From assembly GCF_963506605.1 (NCBI RefSeq), contig NC_083286.1, positions 26,722,001 to 26,786,000 of the forward strand: a stretch of DNA of 64,000 bases, read 5' to 3'. The DNA comes from Zootoca vivipara. Taxonomy: Eukaryota. Position 1 is the stretch's first letter. The number at the start of each line of letters is the position of its first letter. The translations under genes were made by a program, and so were the position numbers. Below the pieces are notes generated by a model. It ran no database searches. It was given only the letters and a program-made list of their open reading frames with translations, and was not told the origin of the DNA. Below are positions 47,390 through 60,991 of the stretch, in pieces.

Positions 47390-48150
47390 TTTCCCGCGAG
47401 CAAAAAGCCCAAACAAGGCGAGGTGGCGGGAGGAGGAGAAACACGCACACAAATGAAGAAGAAGAAAGCAGAAACCCGCCGCTGCGGCTCCTCCTCACTC
47501 GGCTTCCTCCGCCCCGCAGGGAGACAGCTGCATGTTGCCCGGGCGGCTGCGGCGGCCGGTTCTCAAATCCGCTGCATGCATGCAATAATATCGGTCGACA
47601 GCAGGGAAAACAACAGCCCGGATGACGACGAAGGCCAAAAAAGAAAAAGAAAAAAATAGAGGGTCTCCGGCACTGCTGCGCTTCCTCTTCTTCTCGGCAC
47701 GGCGGCGTCCCCAGCTAGCTTCGCATCAACCCCGGCCGACCATTTTCTGCTCCGGGGCTTGTGCAATCCCTCCCCCTGCCAGGGCTGGGCTGCTTCAGAC
47801 GGAGCAGCGCCTTGCCGCCTCGGCTGCAAGAGCAGGCGGTGGGAGAGGAAGCTCGCAGCTTGCCTGGCTAGGCGCCTTGCTCCGCGGCCATCGGCGCCAC
47901 ATCCAGGAGGAGAGTTCGACGCGCCGTTTCACAGCACTTGCAGTATCTGTTCCTGTAGTTGTGTGTGTGTATTAATCTGGAATAATTCGCCATCGTTTCC
48001 TATTTGGCCAAGCATTGATTTGCACGCACACCCCACCCATAACCGGATTAGAATCGGATCCGGCTGCGATCCTAAACCCAATCATAAATCCCACTGAGCC
48101 AAGTAGACGTTAGCTCCGAGCAAACGCTTAGGATCGGGCTGCTAGCCAAA
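46880..48150 (-). promoter_or_regulatory. CpG island / LNPEP promoter and 5' UTR
   Basis: Strong local GC and CpG enrichment around exon 1 in an otherwise AT-rich window. Confidence 0.85.
47368..47389 (-). CDS. LNPEP: LNPEP coding exon 1 (MEPFPSN+G)
   Basis: ATG GAG CCT TTC CCC AGT AAC G|gtgagta; resembles the human MEPFTND start; lies in the CpG island; phase matches exon 2. Confidence 0.9.
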
Positions 48151-49187
48151 GACATGCTAGCTACCATTTCCCCAGCCCTGGTTGTGAGCGCAAGTAATGT
48201 CTGTTTTAAGAGATCGGAGGTGGGGGCGAGATAAATCATTTTGAGTATGCATTTGCGGCTTCTAGGGCTTCCCCCCTCCCATCTTTAACCTTTCCACGTT
48301 TCACTGAATCAAACAGGGCGTGAGAGTTTCTGAGCATACTGTTCCTATTGGGTAAAATTTCTGACAGGGCACCTCTGCGTGACAACTGCGTAGCAAGAAG
48401 GAATTTGGCAGGCGATGCTTCTCCCCCCCCCCCCCCATCAACTGATAAATTATCTTCCTCCCACAGCTGGTAAAGGTGGTGTGATATCAGTATCATTTTC
48501 CAACTGGAACTTGGTCATTTTGGAGGGAGATAAATGTGAGGATGACCCATAGGGGAATGACTTACAATAGTGCAGTAGTTTCATGGTTTGTCACCAAATG
48601 GTAGTTGCCCAAGCAGCTTTTAAAAGAAACAAAAATGGCTATGGGAAACCAGCTGCCCATATACTTAGCTAAGATTTGACTATGCATGTTGGACCAATCC
48701 ACCTCCAAGTTAATGTCACGGGCGTTGCCTATTAAGATCAAATGCAAGGTCTGCCCTCTTCTGTTGAGTCATATGATCCATCCTTTGGCCAAGACCTATA
48801 TTTTGGGTTCCCATTTCCCCAGTTCCTTACCCTGCCCCAATTTTGGCTATTGTTGGTGTGTTTAGATGCACTTGACTGCGCCATGGACCCATGAGTCTGG
48901 TGGATTAAAATGCTGTATCGCAGATGACACCCTCCGAGTTGTGTAGGTTTCTGATTTGCGGTGGCCCAAAGCATGTTCTGTGATTGAGACCCCCAGTTCT
49001 TGATTCCCCCCACCACATACATGTTTTGGCGGCGGCTGGTGAGCATTAGGGGGCTCTGGGCCAGGTGGGATCCAATGCCATCTTGTAGAAGACCCTCAGC
49101 TGGATGTGTGGATGCATGGTGTCTGGTGGCTCAAAGCGTATTTTGCAGGTGGCACCTCAGTTCCTGATTGGTTATGGTCCTAGGGTA

Positions 49188-49900
49188 TCATCTTGCAATT
49201 TGAGCATTTCCCAAGCATGGTAATTTGGGTTGATGAAGATTATTGTTGTGTTTGCAGTAGAGAGTCCCCAAAGAAATTGCTCCATGTATAGATGGATTTC
49301 GATCACATTCTTCCACAAATCTTACACCTAGAGACAGTTGCCCTATGCCGGAAATATATGCTGCTTCCTTGGCTAAAACTGAGAATCTCATGGATGTGTT
49401 AGCCTTCACTACAGGATCTCCCTCGTAATTTGGCCACACAACTTTATTAGCGCATTCTGTGTTCTTACAGATGCCTGACCCAGTTTCCATTAAAAAAAAC
49501 CCAACACCAAACAATTCATACTCTGTCTCAACACAAAACTGTAAGAGGTCTATCATGTCAACTGCTTTATATACTGGTCTTATTATGAAGACCAAGGTTA
49601 CGTGACCCACAATGGTTATTACAGTGTACAGCTTCTGTTTATTTTCCTCAAAAGCTTTTGCAGAAAACTCAATAAGCTGCTGTGCAATTGGCACCTTTTC
49701 CCTGTTCATGACAGGATGTTAGAAGCATCTTCATCTGATCTACTGTACCATCCATTTTGAGTGCTCTCTTGCAGTTTCATTGTAGTCTTTGTACATGGTA
49801 CAAATTTGGTAATGCATGTGCCCTGTACCCCTTGTACTACTGGTTAGGGAAATAAAATGCAAAAAATGACATACAAGTTCTTTCAAAAAAGGTAAGTATG
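49188..49900 (-). pseudogene. Degenerate hAT (ZMYM1/Tip100-like) transposase fragment
   Basis: ORF segment FSVLAKEAAYISGIGQLSLGVRFVE resembles the hAT catalytic motif FSxLADETxDxSxxEQLSxxVRFV with the acidic residues decayed; no long intact ORF. Confidence 0.6.
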
Positions 49901-50077
49901 CTAATCAGGGAGAATATTTCAAAAGTCATGCATGACAAAATCCATGACCGCATACCTTTCTGTAGGGGTCCAGCATTCAGTTAGCAGCCCCACTTTAACA
50001 CATCTGGTGGAGAATCTGCTTTCCATGTAGTTCGCCATATCCAGGTTTTCCTGTTCAAGTTGTACAGTCCTTTTCCA

Positions 50078-50148
50078 AACAAAAAACAAAAAAACACCTT
50101 TTTTTGGTTTTGACTATGGCAGACCAACACTGCTACCTACCTGTAACT
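50078..50148 (+). mobile_element. Miniature Penelope-like terminal remnant
   Basis: Tail gactatggcagaccaacactgctacctacctgtaact homologous to the other two copies; 12-bp TSD agtcc(t/c)tttcca. Confidence 0.55.
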
Positions 50149-50654
50149 AGTCCCTTTCCATCCACCTCTTAGAGAGGGGTGACTTTCCCCCTTTTCCTTT
50201 TTGCTGAAAGGCAAATAGGCACTGTTCTGAATGTGCCTAAGTGTGGTGTGCAACCAAGAATGCAGAGCCAGGCAACATTTTCAAAAGGAAACTTCCGTTT
50301 ATTGTAAAGTAAAAAAGGATACGAAAGCATATAAATCACAGTGTAGTTGAGGACTAATTTATGTACGGTAGCCTAAGCAGGTGCGTTTGATTATCACCCT
50401 AACACATTCATAACTCTAAGGGAAAGAATTTATGAATTCCATACAAGAAAAAGAAAAAATGGAAGGGTTGGGTATACAAACAAGTGTCATACAAATTCCC
50501 AGAGACAGAAATAGGTTGTAAAGATATACTTCTCCTGGCTCAGATTGGGAAATGCCTAGCTGCCAGGTGGATGAAAAGATGTGGAGGAGCTCTTGATTAA
50601 AAGCAGGAGTGGGATGCCTCATGTCTGCAAGGTTCATCCATCTATGCTCCAAAG

Positions 50655-50903
50655 CGGGTCAGCAACCTTTTTCAGCTGTGGGCTGGTCCACCATCCCTCA
50701 GACCATGTGGTGGGCCGGACTATATTTTGGAGGGAAAAAATGAATGAATTCCTATGCCCCACAAATAACCCAGAGATGCATTTTAAATAAAAGCACACAT
50801 TCTACTCATGTAAAAACATGCTGATTCCTGGACCATCTGTGGGCCAGATTTAGAAGGCGGTTGGGCCGCACCTGGGCCACGGGCCTAAGGTTGCCTACCC
50901 CTG
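50655..50903. mobile_element. Non-autonomous hAT element
   Basis: 8-bp TSD ctccaaag; TIR ...ggttgcctacccctg. Confidence 0.7.
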
Positions 50904-52209
50904 CTCCAAAGGCACCAGGAGCCCCTCCAGAACTTTGGGGCCTTCAATCCAATGAAAGCTGCCTTTGTAAGAGCACCTAGAAAGAGGCACCAGGTGGAGC
51001 TCAAAAAGGCTAATTTACATTTCAAAAACAAATTTCCTGGATATGCTTTTACCTCTTAGAGATATGTGTACCTGAGGGAGTGTGAGGGAGTGGTTTTAAT
51101 GACATCCAAATGAAAGGTGAGAATGTTTCCTTGCTTACCTGAGAAAATGGTAGGGCCCCAAATTTTTATGGCTCTTCTCCTTGCCCCAGGGAAGATGTGC
51201 AGCACGACTTGTGCTGACTTAACCATTTTTAGATAAACAACCCTTGATCTACCCCTTAGCCTTGCTATGAATGATACATAATGGGGAGAAATTAACCTCT
51301 AGCAAGGCAGAGTGTTTTACCAACATGCCTGTATCAGGGACTCCTTTTTGAAGTTTGAATATGCCATCTTGCCTTGCTGTTCTGCTTCAATTAAAGCCAG
51401 GATGCTTGCATTCATGTCACATAGCATTCAATGGGGACAAGAGGGCCAGAGCAGGGAGGAGGAAGGCAAAGGGGAATATGTCCCAGACTGCATTATGGCT
51501 GATACCACACCGGTCTCTTGAGAGGAACCAAAATTCTGGTGTGTATCTGAGGCCTTCTAGCTATCTTCTGCTTCTTGAAGTAGTTGCAGATATCCATCGC
51601 TAAAGAAAGAGCAACAGCTCTGCTTCTTTGCTTTCTCTAACAACCTAATACAGAAAAACACTGTACTTTTCCTTTCTACTTTCAACTGATCAATACTGTA
51701 GCAAGTAAGTTTCTGTTTCCCATGAAAGCGATTTTTGCTACCCATTTCCTGAGAACCATGTCAGCACTTTTCGTTTCTGTTTTTGGCCCCTGTCCCCACC
51801 TACCTCTCAAAAAGCAGGAACACCCCAACCTCACCACCCGAGTACCACAACACCTCTGTTTATATTATCATTGTATTTCTAGGGTTTCCAAATCTTGTAA
51901 CATTTACAGAAGCAGCATCACTAGATCAGAACAAGCAGCATGGAGATGATGGTCCAGGAAGGCTCTTTTCCAGAAAAGTGCCATCAATAAGAGGGGTCTC
52001 GGAGATCACTCTAAACCTCAGGATGCGAGTGTGCTTACTACTAAATGTATTTCTTTATTGTAATGTAAGTGAACCCTTGACCTTCTCCTGTGGGCTCCCC
52101 CATGGAAAATAGACAGCCATAATGGTTAGTAGGCATTGATAGACTTATCCTGTTCTCACAATGGCCAACCAGATATCCATGTGATGCCTGCAACCAGGAC
52201 ACAACAGTA

Positions 52210-52793
52210 CAGTCATATCTAGGATCCCGAATGCCTTGGAACTCGGACGTTTTAGCTCCCGAACGCTGCAAACCCGGAAGTGATTGTTCCAGTTTGCAAA
52301 TGTTATTTTGGAACCCAAACGTCCGACTGTGGCTTCTGATTGGCAGCAGGAGTTTCCTACAGCAATTTGTTTTTCGAAAATTCTGGAAGTTGAATGGACT
52401 TCTGGAACGGATTCCGTTCAACTTCCAAGGTACAGTGGTCTGTTCATAAACTGATGTGAACTTTCCCATTGAAAGTAATGGAAAGTGGATTAATCTGTTC
52501 CAGACGGTCCACGGAGTACTTAAACTGAAGCGAACTTTCCCATTGAAAGTAATGGAAAGTGGATTAATCCGTTCGAGACGGGTCCGCGGAGTACTCAACC
52601 TGAAGCGTACTTAACCCAAAGCATGGGTGTAATTGGTTCCGGAAGTCTGTTCATAAACTGAAGCGTTCATAAACTGAAGCGAACTTTCCCATTGAAAGTA
52701 ATGGAAAGTGAATTAATCTGTTCCAGATGGGTCCGCGGTGTTCGTAAACCGAAAATTCATAAACCGAGGTGTTCATAAACCGAGGTTCCACTG
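52210..52793. mobile_element. Adjacent or nested Tc1/mariner-type MITEs with internal ~37-bp repeats
   Basis: TA-flanked cagt.../...ccactg ends; aactttcccattgaaagtaatggaaagtg repeated at 52459, 52533 and 52682. Confidence 0.6.
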
Positions 52794-53500
52794 TATGGTT
52801 GTACTCTCCCCATTTGTGTCCCATCAACTGAGAATCTTCATCCCTTCCCTCATCTACCTCTTTTCCCCTTTTCTTCTCAATGTCTCAACAAATGAAACTG
52901 ATTTGCAAAAAAGTTACGAGAGACATTGCACATATTTCTGTAAATCAATAAAATCTTTAATAAAAAACTGAGAATCATCCTTTTATAAGAGCTGTTTAAC
53001 TGGATCACAAGAAACGAGCAAGAAAATGGCCAGTCCAGTGTAGTAACGTGAGGCTGCTTTAAAAATCATTGTAAACAATTAAAATTATTATTAGGATTGG
53101 AATGACGCTTGTAGTTAAAAGTTGACTATGGTTTTATTGAAGATTGAATAGAATTGGATTAACAGAGAAGAGGCAAGAGAAAAAGTTAACATAAGGAACC
53201 ACAAAAGGGAAGGAGGGAAGTCAAAGGCAACTTATGGAAATTGTCTTAGTTTATGATTGTTTGTAAATCCTAAAAATCTAAATAAATTTTTAAAAAAGAA
53301 TGAGATGATACATACCAGAACTGGTTAATTGATACCAAATTATTTTGGCGCTATTATATCAAACCTTGTATTATCAGCTGCCAGTTTTTAACTCTGATTT
53401 TCTTCAGTACCCCAAGATCACCAGCGACAGACATGGAAACGTTTTATGTAGGGTATAATGTGTAACTCATGTTAATGGTAAAAAATATACACAGTGAAAC

Positions 53501-53654
53501 CATGGGCATAGCTAGAATTTATTTTGGGGGGGGCAGGCTTTTTGTTGTGGGGGCAGAACCAAGTCATCTGTGACACAATTGGTCAGTTAGTTTTATTTAC
53601 TTCATTTAGGAGGGGCAGTTTTCCCCCCCTTGCAACCCCATGGCTATGCCCATG
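53501..53654. mobile_element. hAT MITE
   Basis: TIR catgggcatagc / gctatgcccatg; 8-bp TSD a(g/a)tgaaac. Confidence 0.7.
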
Positions 53655-55687
53655 AATGAAACAAACACCTGTAGTACTACGGTAGCACAGTAGAAGAACA
53701 AACATTGCAAGGAAGGCAAACAATTTCACCAGGGAGATAGTTAACACAAATACAATAGATAACTAGTTTCACAGTGATCTTGTTTGCTTTACAAACAGGT
53801 GAAGATAACATATTGTGCTGGGGATCCAAAGTCCTTCATACATAAGCAAGAAGCATGTCACACGTACCTGGGGGCAGCAGCAGTATTGTGCCTCACAGGG
53901 TGGTCCTCTGGTGTCCTCCTGACTAGGACAGGCTATGAAGGGCTTCTACTAGATAAGGGAAGTTGAAGAGAGCTACTGCCATGAGCAAGTTAGAACAGCA
54001 AGCATGGCGCTTTGGAGATCGGCCTTAAGAAAGTCACAAATGTTTTAGCTGTAGCTAAATATTTGGAAGTAACTAATGATGATTATGGTACTTCTTCATT
54101 TATAGCTTCAGGACTGATTTTGGGGATATTGAGCTTCCGTGGCACTTTGCAGAAATACTTTGGTCTTGGTTTTTGCAGTCCAGGAAAGGCAACTGCCGGT
54201 TCCAGACACCACCATGCTTGCAGGATGTTAGAGCAAACAGGATTTTGTTCTTCTCTGCGCTGCCCATCTACCTACCGCGTGTGTAGATAATTCTGCCCTG
54301 CTTGAACAGAGCACGGAGATGTTAATAGATGCGACAAAAAGCCACAACATCAGAGATTGAGGAAGAAGGGGAAATATTATTCCTATCAAAATAATCTATA
54401 TATTTCAGTCTGTAAACCAATCCCATGCTATCATCACCATTCTGGAGACTGATTTCACAGGAAATTCATGCTAATATGTGACCAGATAGCAACCCACAGT
54501 GCAGACTGGAGCAATTGCTGGTGCAGTTGTGGGGTTAGGGTGCACACTATGTCTGGAAAGATGTTGGCTCCTGCCAGTGCGCATTCCAACAATATAGTTC
54601 CTGATTTAAATGATTTAAGGAGTACAGCAACCCTTCATCCCATATACAGCTCCCAGGAAGCACTACTTTATGTCTGTGCACCAGTGTGCATACAATCACT
54701 CTTTCCTGACATCACATTTCATCTAATTACACTGACTGTAACAGTATCCCTACTAAGCAGGATGACAGGACAGATAAAATTTTAACACCAAGTATTTTAT
54801 GAAGGCTAAACATTGTGGAATAAAGCAGAGATAAATTGTCACTTGCTACAAATCTGCATGCTAATGTTACCAACTGGTAGCAAAACCAGGCAGCGGTTTC
54901 TGTAAATATATAGTTAATGGGAATTTTACTGTTACCTGTTACAATTTATATATGCAGCAGGCTGCAAGGGCAGCAGCTTGTGCTGTAGTTCAACCACATG
55001 AGCGGAGCATCTTGTGGCAATTTTGTGTAAGTGGCTCCCCACATGGTGTGAGTGGGTATTCTTTATTTATCAAATTCTGTTTTATAACCATTCCCAAAGT
55101 GGCTTACAAAATATGCTAAAAAAACAACCTTTAAGTTTGGCATCAGAAAAAGAACCATTCCAAATATGCATCAGTTTACAGAACATTTAACTGTACACTT
55201 GCTGTACTGTTTTTAATATTCGGTTGGAAGCCGCCCAGAGTGGCTGGGGAAACCCAGCCAGATGGGAGGGGTATAAATAAATAAATAAATAAATAAATAA
55301 ATATTATTATTATTATAACCAATCATGTTTTTCCTCGTTGCAAAGTATACAAAAGACATTAGGAAATTAGCATCATTCAAAAAAGAACAAATGAAAGAGG
55401 AAAAGAAGAGAGGAATTTGAGTGGAGCCTCACAATACATACAAAAATATTTTATGTTGTGAAAGCACTTTCTGTCTGGGAGTGCTCTTTATTTGCATAGT
55501 AATAAAATCATGCCAAATAGTTAAAAATTTACATGGTGTTGACTGTCATCTAATAATCATTCATAATCTCCCATACGATTCATCCAGTTAGGCCCATAGC
55601 ATCCTTACAGTTATGCTTCCAACATAAATTTCACTAGATCATTGGAAACTATTGTAATTTTTAAATAGAAAAGAAATGTCTCTGCAG

Positions 55688-55854
55688 CAGAGCTTTCCAA
55701 ACTTTTCCTGCTGGTGACACACGTTTTAGATATACATCATTTCGCGACACAGTAATTCAGTTTTACTAGCAAAACAAATTAACCCCTTCCCAGCCCCGGG
55801 CACACCTACAGACTGCAGATGACAATGTGTTGTGATGCAGTTTGTAAAGCTCTG
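55688..55854. mobile_element. hAT-like MITE
   Basis: TIR cagagctttccaaact / agtttgtaaagctctg. Confidence 0.55.
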
Positions 55855-56695
55855 ATCTACAAGATTATTTAGGTGGTATTTCCTGCCTTCCTCCTGGTTC
55901 TTTATTTGGCCTCTGCCAACCAGGAAGTAGAATCCACCAAGGCCCTCCTAGGCAAGGGAGGGCTGCTGAAACTCGCTCAGCCCTTGCCAGGGAGAGGAAA
56001 ACACAAGAGAAGGAAAGATTATGTCTGCTGCAAGCACCAGTACAATCCTACAGGAACTGACAGGTAGCCTTGAGAAATGTTGTTCTGAACTGTATAGAAC
56101 TAAATAGTCATGACAGATTACGGCCATAGTGACAACCACTACATGGCTGCATTCAACAGGGAATTTGGATCATAAGATCCGTGGCTTTTAGAAATTAACA
56201 GGATGTAGTTTATGGAGACAACTCTTGACAGTCGATAAATGAGCACAATGTACCTCAGACGATAAAGAGTGCTTCTTTTTGGCGTTCATTTCACAAAGGA
56301 GGAAAACAACCACCATGTGTTATAGAAGCACTGGAAAATAATAATGAAACTGAAATGGAATTCAACACTGTAGCTTGAAATCCGATTGTAGTCAAAAGTG
56401 AGCAAGAAGAGAATGGCTAACCCTCAAAATTTGCATTGAAAATATACCTGGTGGTGTTTGATGAAAGGTAGACTAGGCTACTGTTTTTCATGGGTTCTTC
56501 TCAGTCATCGAAAAGAATGTAAAATATCTGGACGACAGCCAATGTTCAGAATTTACCCTCTTCTCCCCCACTCTGCTGCCCTCTGCAGACCAAGAGGAAG
56601 CTTCCAATATTAATACAGTGGCAGTAAAAAGCCCTGGCAAATAATTGCTTCTGTTTGCAAATAGCTAAATTTACCATCTACATCATATTTCTGGT

Positions 56696-57008
56696 GTAAA
56701 GGGACCCCTGACCATTAGGTCCAGTCGCAGACGACTCTGGGGTTGCGGTGCTCATCTCGCTTTACTGGCCGAGGGAGCCGGCGTACAGCTTCCAGGTCAT
56801 GTGGCCAGCATAAGTCGCTTCTGGCGAACCAGAGCAGCACACGGAAACACCGTTTACCATCCCGCCGGAGCAGTACCTATTTAACCATTTGCACTTTGAT
56901 GTGCTGTTGAACTGCTAGGTTGGCAGGAGCAGGGACCGTCGTGGGGATTCGAACTGCCGACCTTCTGATCGGCAAGCCTTAGCCTCAGTGGTTTAACCCA
57001 CAGTGCCA
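56696..57008 (-). mobile_element. Sauria SINE
   Basis: Homologous to 2026-2374. Confidence 0.85.
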
Positions 57009-57659
57009 GTGTATGGAAGAAGAAAATGCACACTACTCAATTTTCCCAAGTCACACCACACATTTAACTAGTTCAACATTTGACTCCAAATTGTACATGG
57101 ACCCATCCTCAAACTTACTCTCCTGCACTACCAAGTTTAAAATGTCTGTTTACCCCATTTTCTGACTATAAGCCATAGAACCTACTGCCCCCACCAATTT
57201 CTCATTCTCATTGTGAATTCAGTCAATGGTCTCCCTTCCTTGGAGGTTTATAAGCAGAGTTTGGATGGTCATCTGTCATGGATACTTCAGATTCCTGCAG
57301 GGAGTTGGAACATATGACCCTTGTGGTCCCTTCTAACTCTACAGTTCTATGATCCTTAATGACTGTTGCCCTATAATATTCTGAAACAGCTCCCCCCCCA
57401 AAAAAGCTGCTCTTGAATTCTCACAGTACCCAAGTTCTGAAAAATAAATCACACCCAATCCATTTAAAATGTTTTCTATAAAACATTTTGAGTTTTCTGA
57501 AACTACTGTCACCAAACCTAAAAGGGGGGTTCCCCCCCAGCAGCACTTCTAACAGTATAAGTAGTACAATTTTGTTTTGTTTTCTTTTTCCAAGACAACA
57601 GGCCTTCAGGGACATGCTTAGACTTGCTGTATTTTAGTAAAGCATTTGAGTGCTACTGT

Positions 57660-57785
57660 TCTCGAAGCCACCAACATGAGTCTGACCAAACTGCGGGAGG
57701 CAGTGGAAGACAGAAGTGCCTGGCGTGCTCTGGTCCATAGGGTCACAAAGAGTCGGACACGACTAAACGACTAAACAACAACAAC
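57660..57785 (+). mobile_element. RTE-BovB LINE 3' end
   Basis: ggaggcagtggaagacagaagtgcctggcgtgctctggtccatagggtcacaaagagtcggacacgactaaacgactaaacaacaacaac. Confidence 0.75.
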
Positions 57786-58393
57786 ATACAAATAAGTGGG
57801 TATGAAAATGAAGAAACAACTTTACTTCAGCTGTGAAATTTATTGCATCTTTATTGTAAATAAAAAGATGTGCAAGGAAATGGTATATAAAAATTAACCT
57901 TGTATGGAAATATTATGATGCATCCACTTACTTTACACTTCCTTCAAATTTTACTAAGAATGCAAATTGAGGATTATAACATATGGTATGTTTTTAATAT
58001 GTCACATTCCAATTTGAGGCGTCCAAAGTATACATTTTATACTAACCAAAGTTTCCAGATTGTATGCTGAGCTTGAAGACAATTCAGTTGGACATATTTC
58101 AGAATATAAATAGCTGTGGCCAGGGCAAAACTGTCCATGACCACCACTAACACAATGATCTTAACTGGTGAGAAGGACTTCAACATTACAAGATCTAATT
58201 TCAAGGTGATAAGATTTTGTTACTTTAGTTTACTGTGCTTCAGAAGCATACAGATTGACTTTCTGTGAATAAGCCAGCTGTTATCTCAATTATACTGATA
58301 GGGAATGAAGGATGAGAGAGAGCAAGTAATTCAAGGTTATCAGGCAAGGTTGTGGATGAGGAAGCATTTACTGTATAGCACTATCTCCTAGAA

Positions 58394-58529
58394 CAGGCAC
58401 CCCCACACTGCGGCCCTCCAGATGTTTTGACCTACAACTCCCATGATCCCTAGCTAACAGGACCAGTGGTCGGGGAAGATGGGAATTGTAGTCCAAAACA
58501 TCTGGAGGGCCGAAGTTTGGGGATGCCTG
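58394..58529. mobile_element. Palindromic hAT MITE
   Basis: 8-bp TSD tcctagaa. Confidence 0.82.
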
Positions 58530-59140
58530 TCCTAGAACTTGTCTGAGCTGCCACCATTGGCCATTCAGTTAGAAGGGTTTATTTATTAAATTTATATCCT
58601 GCACTTCCTCCCAAAGGGTGGCAAACAACAAGAGTTAAAGCAACAAAAACATCTTAAAGACAATTCCAATACAGGTGCAGACTGTAATGGGGAAGATCTC
58701 AACTTAAACTGTTTGTTGAAAGATGGAGGTATTCAGCAGGAACTGAAAAGAAAAGAAAAGAAAAGAGAGAGTGTGTCTATCTCTCATATTCAAGTGAAGG
58801 CAATTCCTCAGGTCAGATTCCACAACACTAAAACCCCCACCTCCAAAAGAGGTCCGAAGGGTGCCAACATGAGAACAGGCCTTTTCTGTGGTCGTTCCCC
58901 ATTTGTGGAATGTTCTCCTCAGGAAGGTTTGCCTGGCGCCTTCGTTATATCTTTATGTGCCGTGCTAAAACATCACTCTTTCAACCAGGCCTTTGGCTGT
59001 TAATCAATTTATTGGGGGGGGAGTATTGTAGTCCCCCTCCCTTTTACTATTATATTATGCATTTTGTGTTTTATGTTGCCACCTGCCTTGTGGTCTCTTG
59101 AGAAAGGAAGGAATATAAATTTAACAATAAAGGCCCAATT

Positions 59141-59785
59141 CATAGAATCAGAGTTGCAAGTGTCATCTAATCCAACCCACTGCAATGCAGGAATCTCAAC
59201 TAAACCATCCATGACAGATGGCCATCCAAACCCTGCTGAAAAACCTCTAGTGTTGGAAAGTCCACAATCTCCAGAGGGAGAATGTTCCACTGTCAAACAG
59301 CTCCTACTGTCAGAAAGTTCCTCCTGATGTTTAATCAGAACCCCTTTTCTTGTAGCTTGAAGCCATTGGTTCAAGTCCTAGTCTCTGGATCAGGAGAAAA
59401 CAAGCTTGCTCCATCTTCCACGTGACAGTCCTTTAGATATCTGAAGATGGCTACCATATCTGCTCTCAGTCTTTTATCTAGGATAAACACACCCAACTCT
59501 CTCAACCATTCCTCATAAGGCTTGGTTTTCAGACCTTTGATCATCTTGGAAGCTGTAAGCTACAAAAGTTCTAGCTTATCAATATCCTTCTTAAATTGTA
59601 GCACCCAGAACTGGATACAGTGCTCCAGGTGTGGTCTAACCAAGGCAGAATAAAGTAGTACTATTACTTCCCTTGATTAGGACACTATACTTCTGTTGAT
59701 GCAGCCTAGAATAGCATTAGCTTCCTTCTTTTTTTGCTGCTGCATCACACTGTTCACTCATGCTACACTTGAGGTCCACGAGCCT
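59141..59785 (-). mobile_element. CR1 LINE 3' fragment (degenerate RT C-terminus plus tail)
   Basis: catagaatcagagttg tail and cccagaactggatacagtgctccaggtgtggtct RT-region motif; shorter CR1 tails near 9075-9215, 11485-11552, 57228-57355 and 60810-60898. Confidence 0.75.
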
Positions 59786-60991
59786 TACATTTGTTCCCAC
59801 TGAAATTTGTTCCTACACTGTGCAGAAAGGATATCCTGACCGTGCAGAGGACAGTGATCAAGTGGGTATATACAAGGTGTGAGATTATCTTTCAGGTATG
59901 ACCACTTAGCTACCGTAGGTTCCAAGATAGCATCTGATTTAACGGTAAAAGCAATTGCAGCAATTCTTCTAGGGTATTTTTTTAAGTACTTCCATATCAA
60001 CGTTTTATCTGAAGATCCCAGAAACTACAACAGGACCATGGGCAAGGGGCAGTATGCTTACTATCACAGTGATGCTATAAAGTTAAAACATTTTAACTAG
60101 CTTTACAATTTAATGCCTTACTGCCACAGAAGCCTTTTTTGATCCTTCCAAATAACCTGTAAGCAGACAGCCAGAGGTGAAAGTATTTAAATCAGTAATC
60201 AAGTCCAAATGGCTGCAAGGTTTAAGCAAAGGGTACTCTGATTCTACTCATTCCTTTGGAACAATCATAATTGCTTTCAAATGGTGACAGACAGACAGAC
60301 AGCTCCCAGATGGAAGGTTCTTGCGAGCTCTGGACATATTTTGCCTTCTTCCCTGGAAAAGATTAATATCAGGTAATTGACAGGCCCACACTATAAAGCT
60401 ATTTCAGAATAATAATGTTTAATGAAGCCTTGGTGCATGAGTGATCCCCTTTGAAATTCATGAACGTTCTGACCTTCTCACTTCAGGAAATAGTTCTCTG
60501 GAAAAGGTACTTTAATCTCTGTACTTCATTGCACACATTTTAAATGAAAAACACACGTACAGACAATATTCCTTGACTTCATAAGAATCTCTGATCTTGG
60601 CCTCCCAGAGATGCATACACATTGTACAAATGGATGGAGAATGACGCGTCTCTCCTGAAAACAAAGAAAACACCAAATGACATACCTTGCCTTGATCTAG
60701 AGACCCTTGTGGAAACAGCAGGCTGTGTGACTACTGCTACACACAAATATATCCCCTGCCACTATCAGCAAAAGCACCAATCATTTGCTTGGCAGGGTGT
60801 AGTAGCACTAGAATAACAGAATAGTAAAGCTGGAAGGGACTCCAAGGGTCATCTAGTCGAACCCTCTGCAATACAGGAATCTCAACTAAAGCATCCATAC
60901 TATACGGGGTAACGTGCATTTTTGTAGCATAATCTATCTATCCATCCATCTGGTATCAGCCTACTTCAGATACATCAGCTAATGTCTAAGT

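Noticed and set aside
46785-48097. Several 100-180 aa ORFs around exon 1
   Set aside because: Stop-codon scarcity in a GC-rich CpG island; low-complexity R/G/P/A composition; only the 22-nt exon 1 fits the gene model
52459-52720. Three ~37-bp repeats separated by spacers, superficially CRISPR-like
   Set aside because: Vertebrate DNA; irregular spacing; spacers resemble each other; lies within TA-flanked MITE ends; no cas genes
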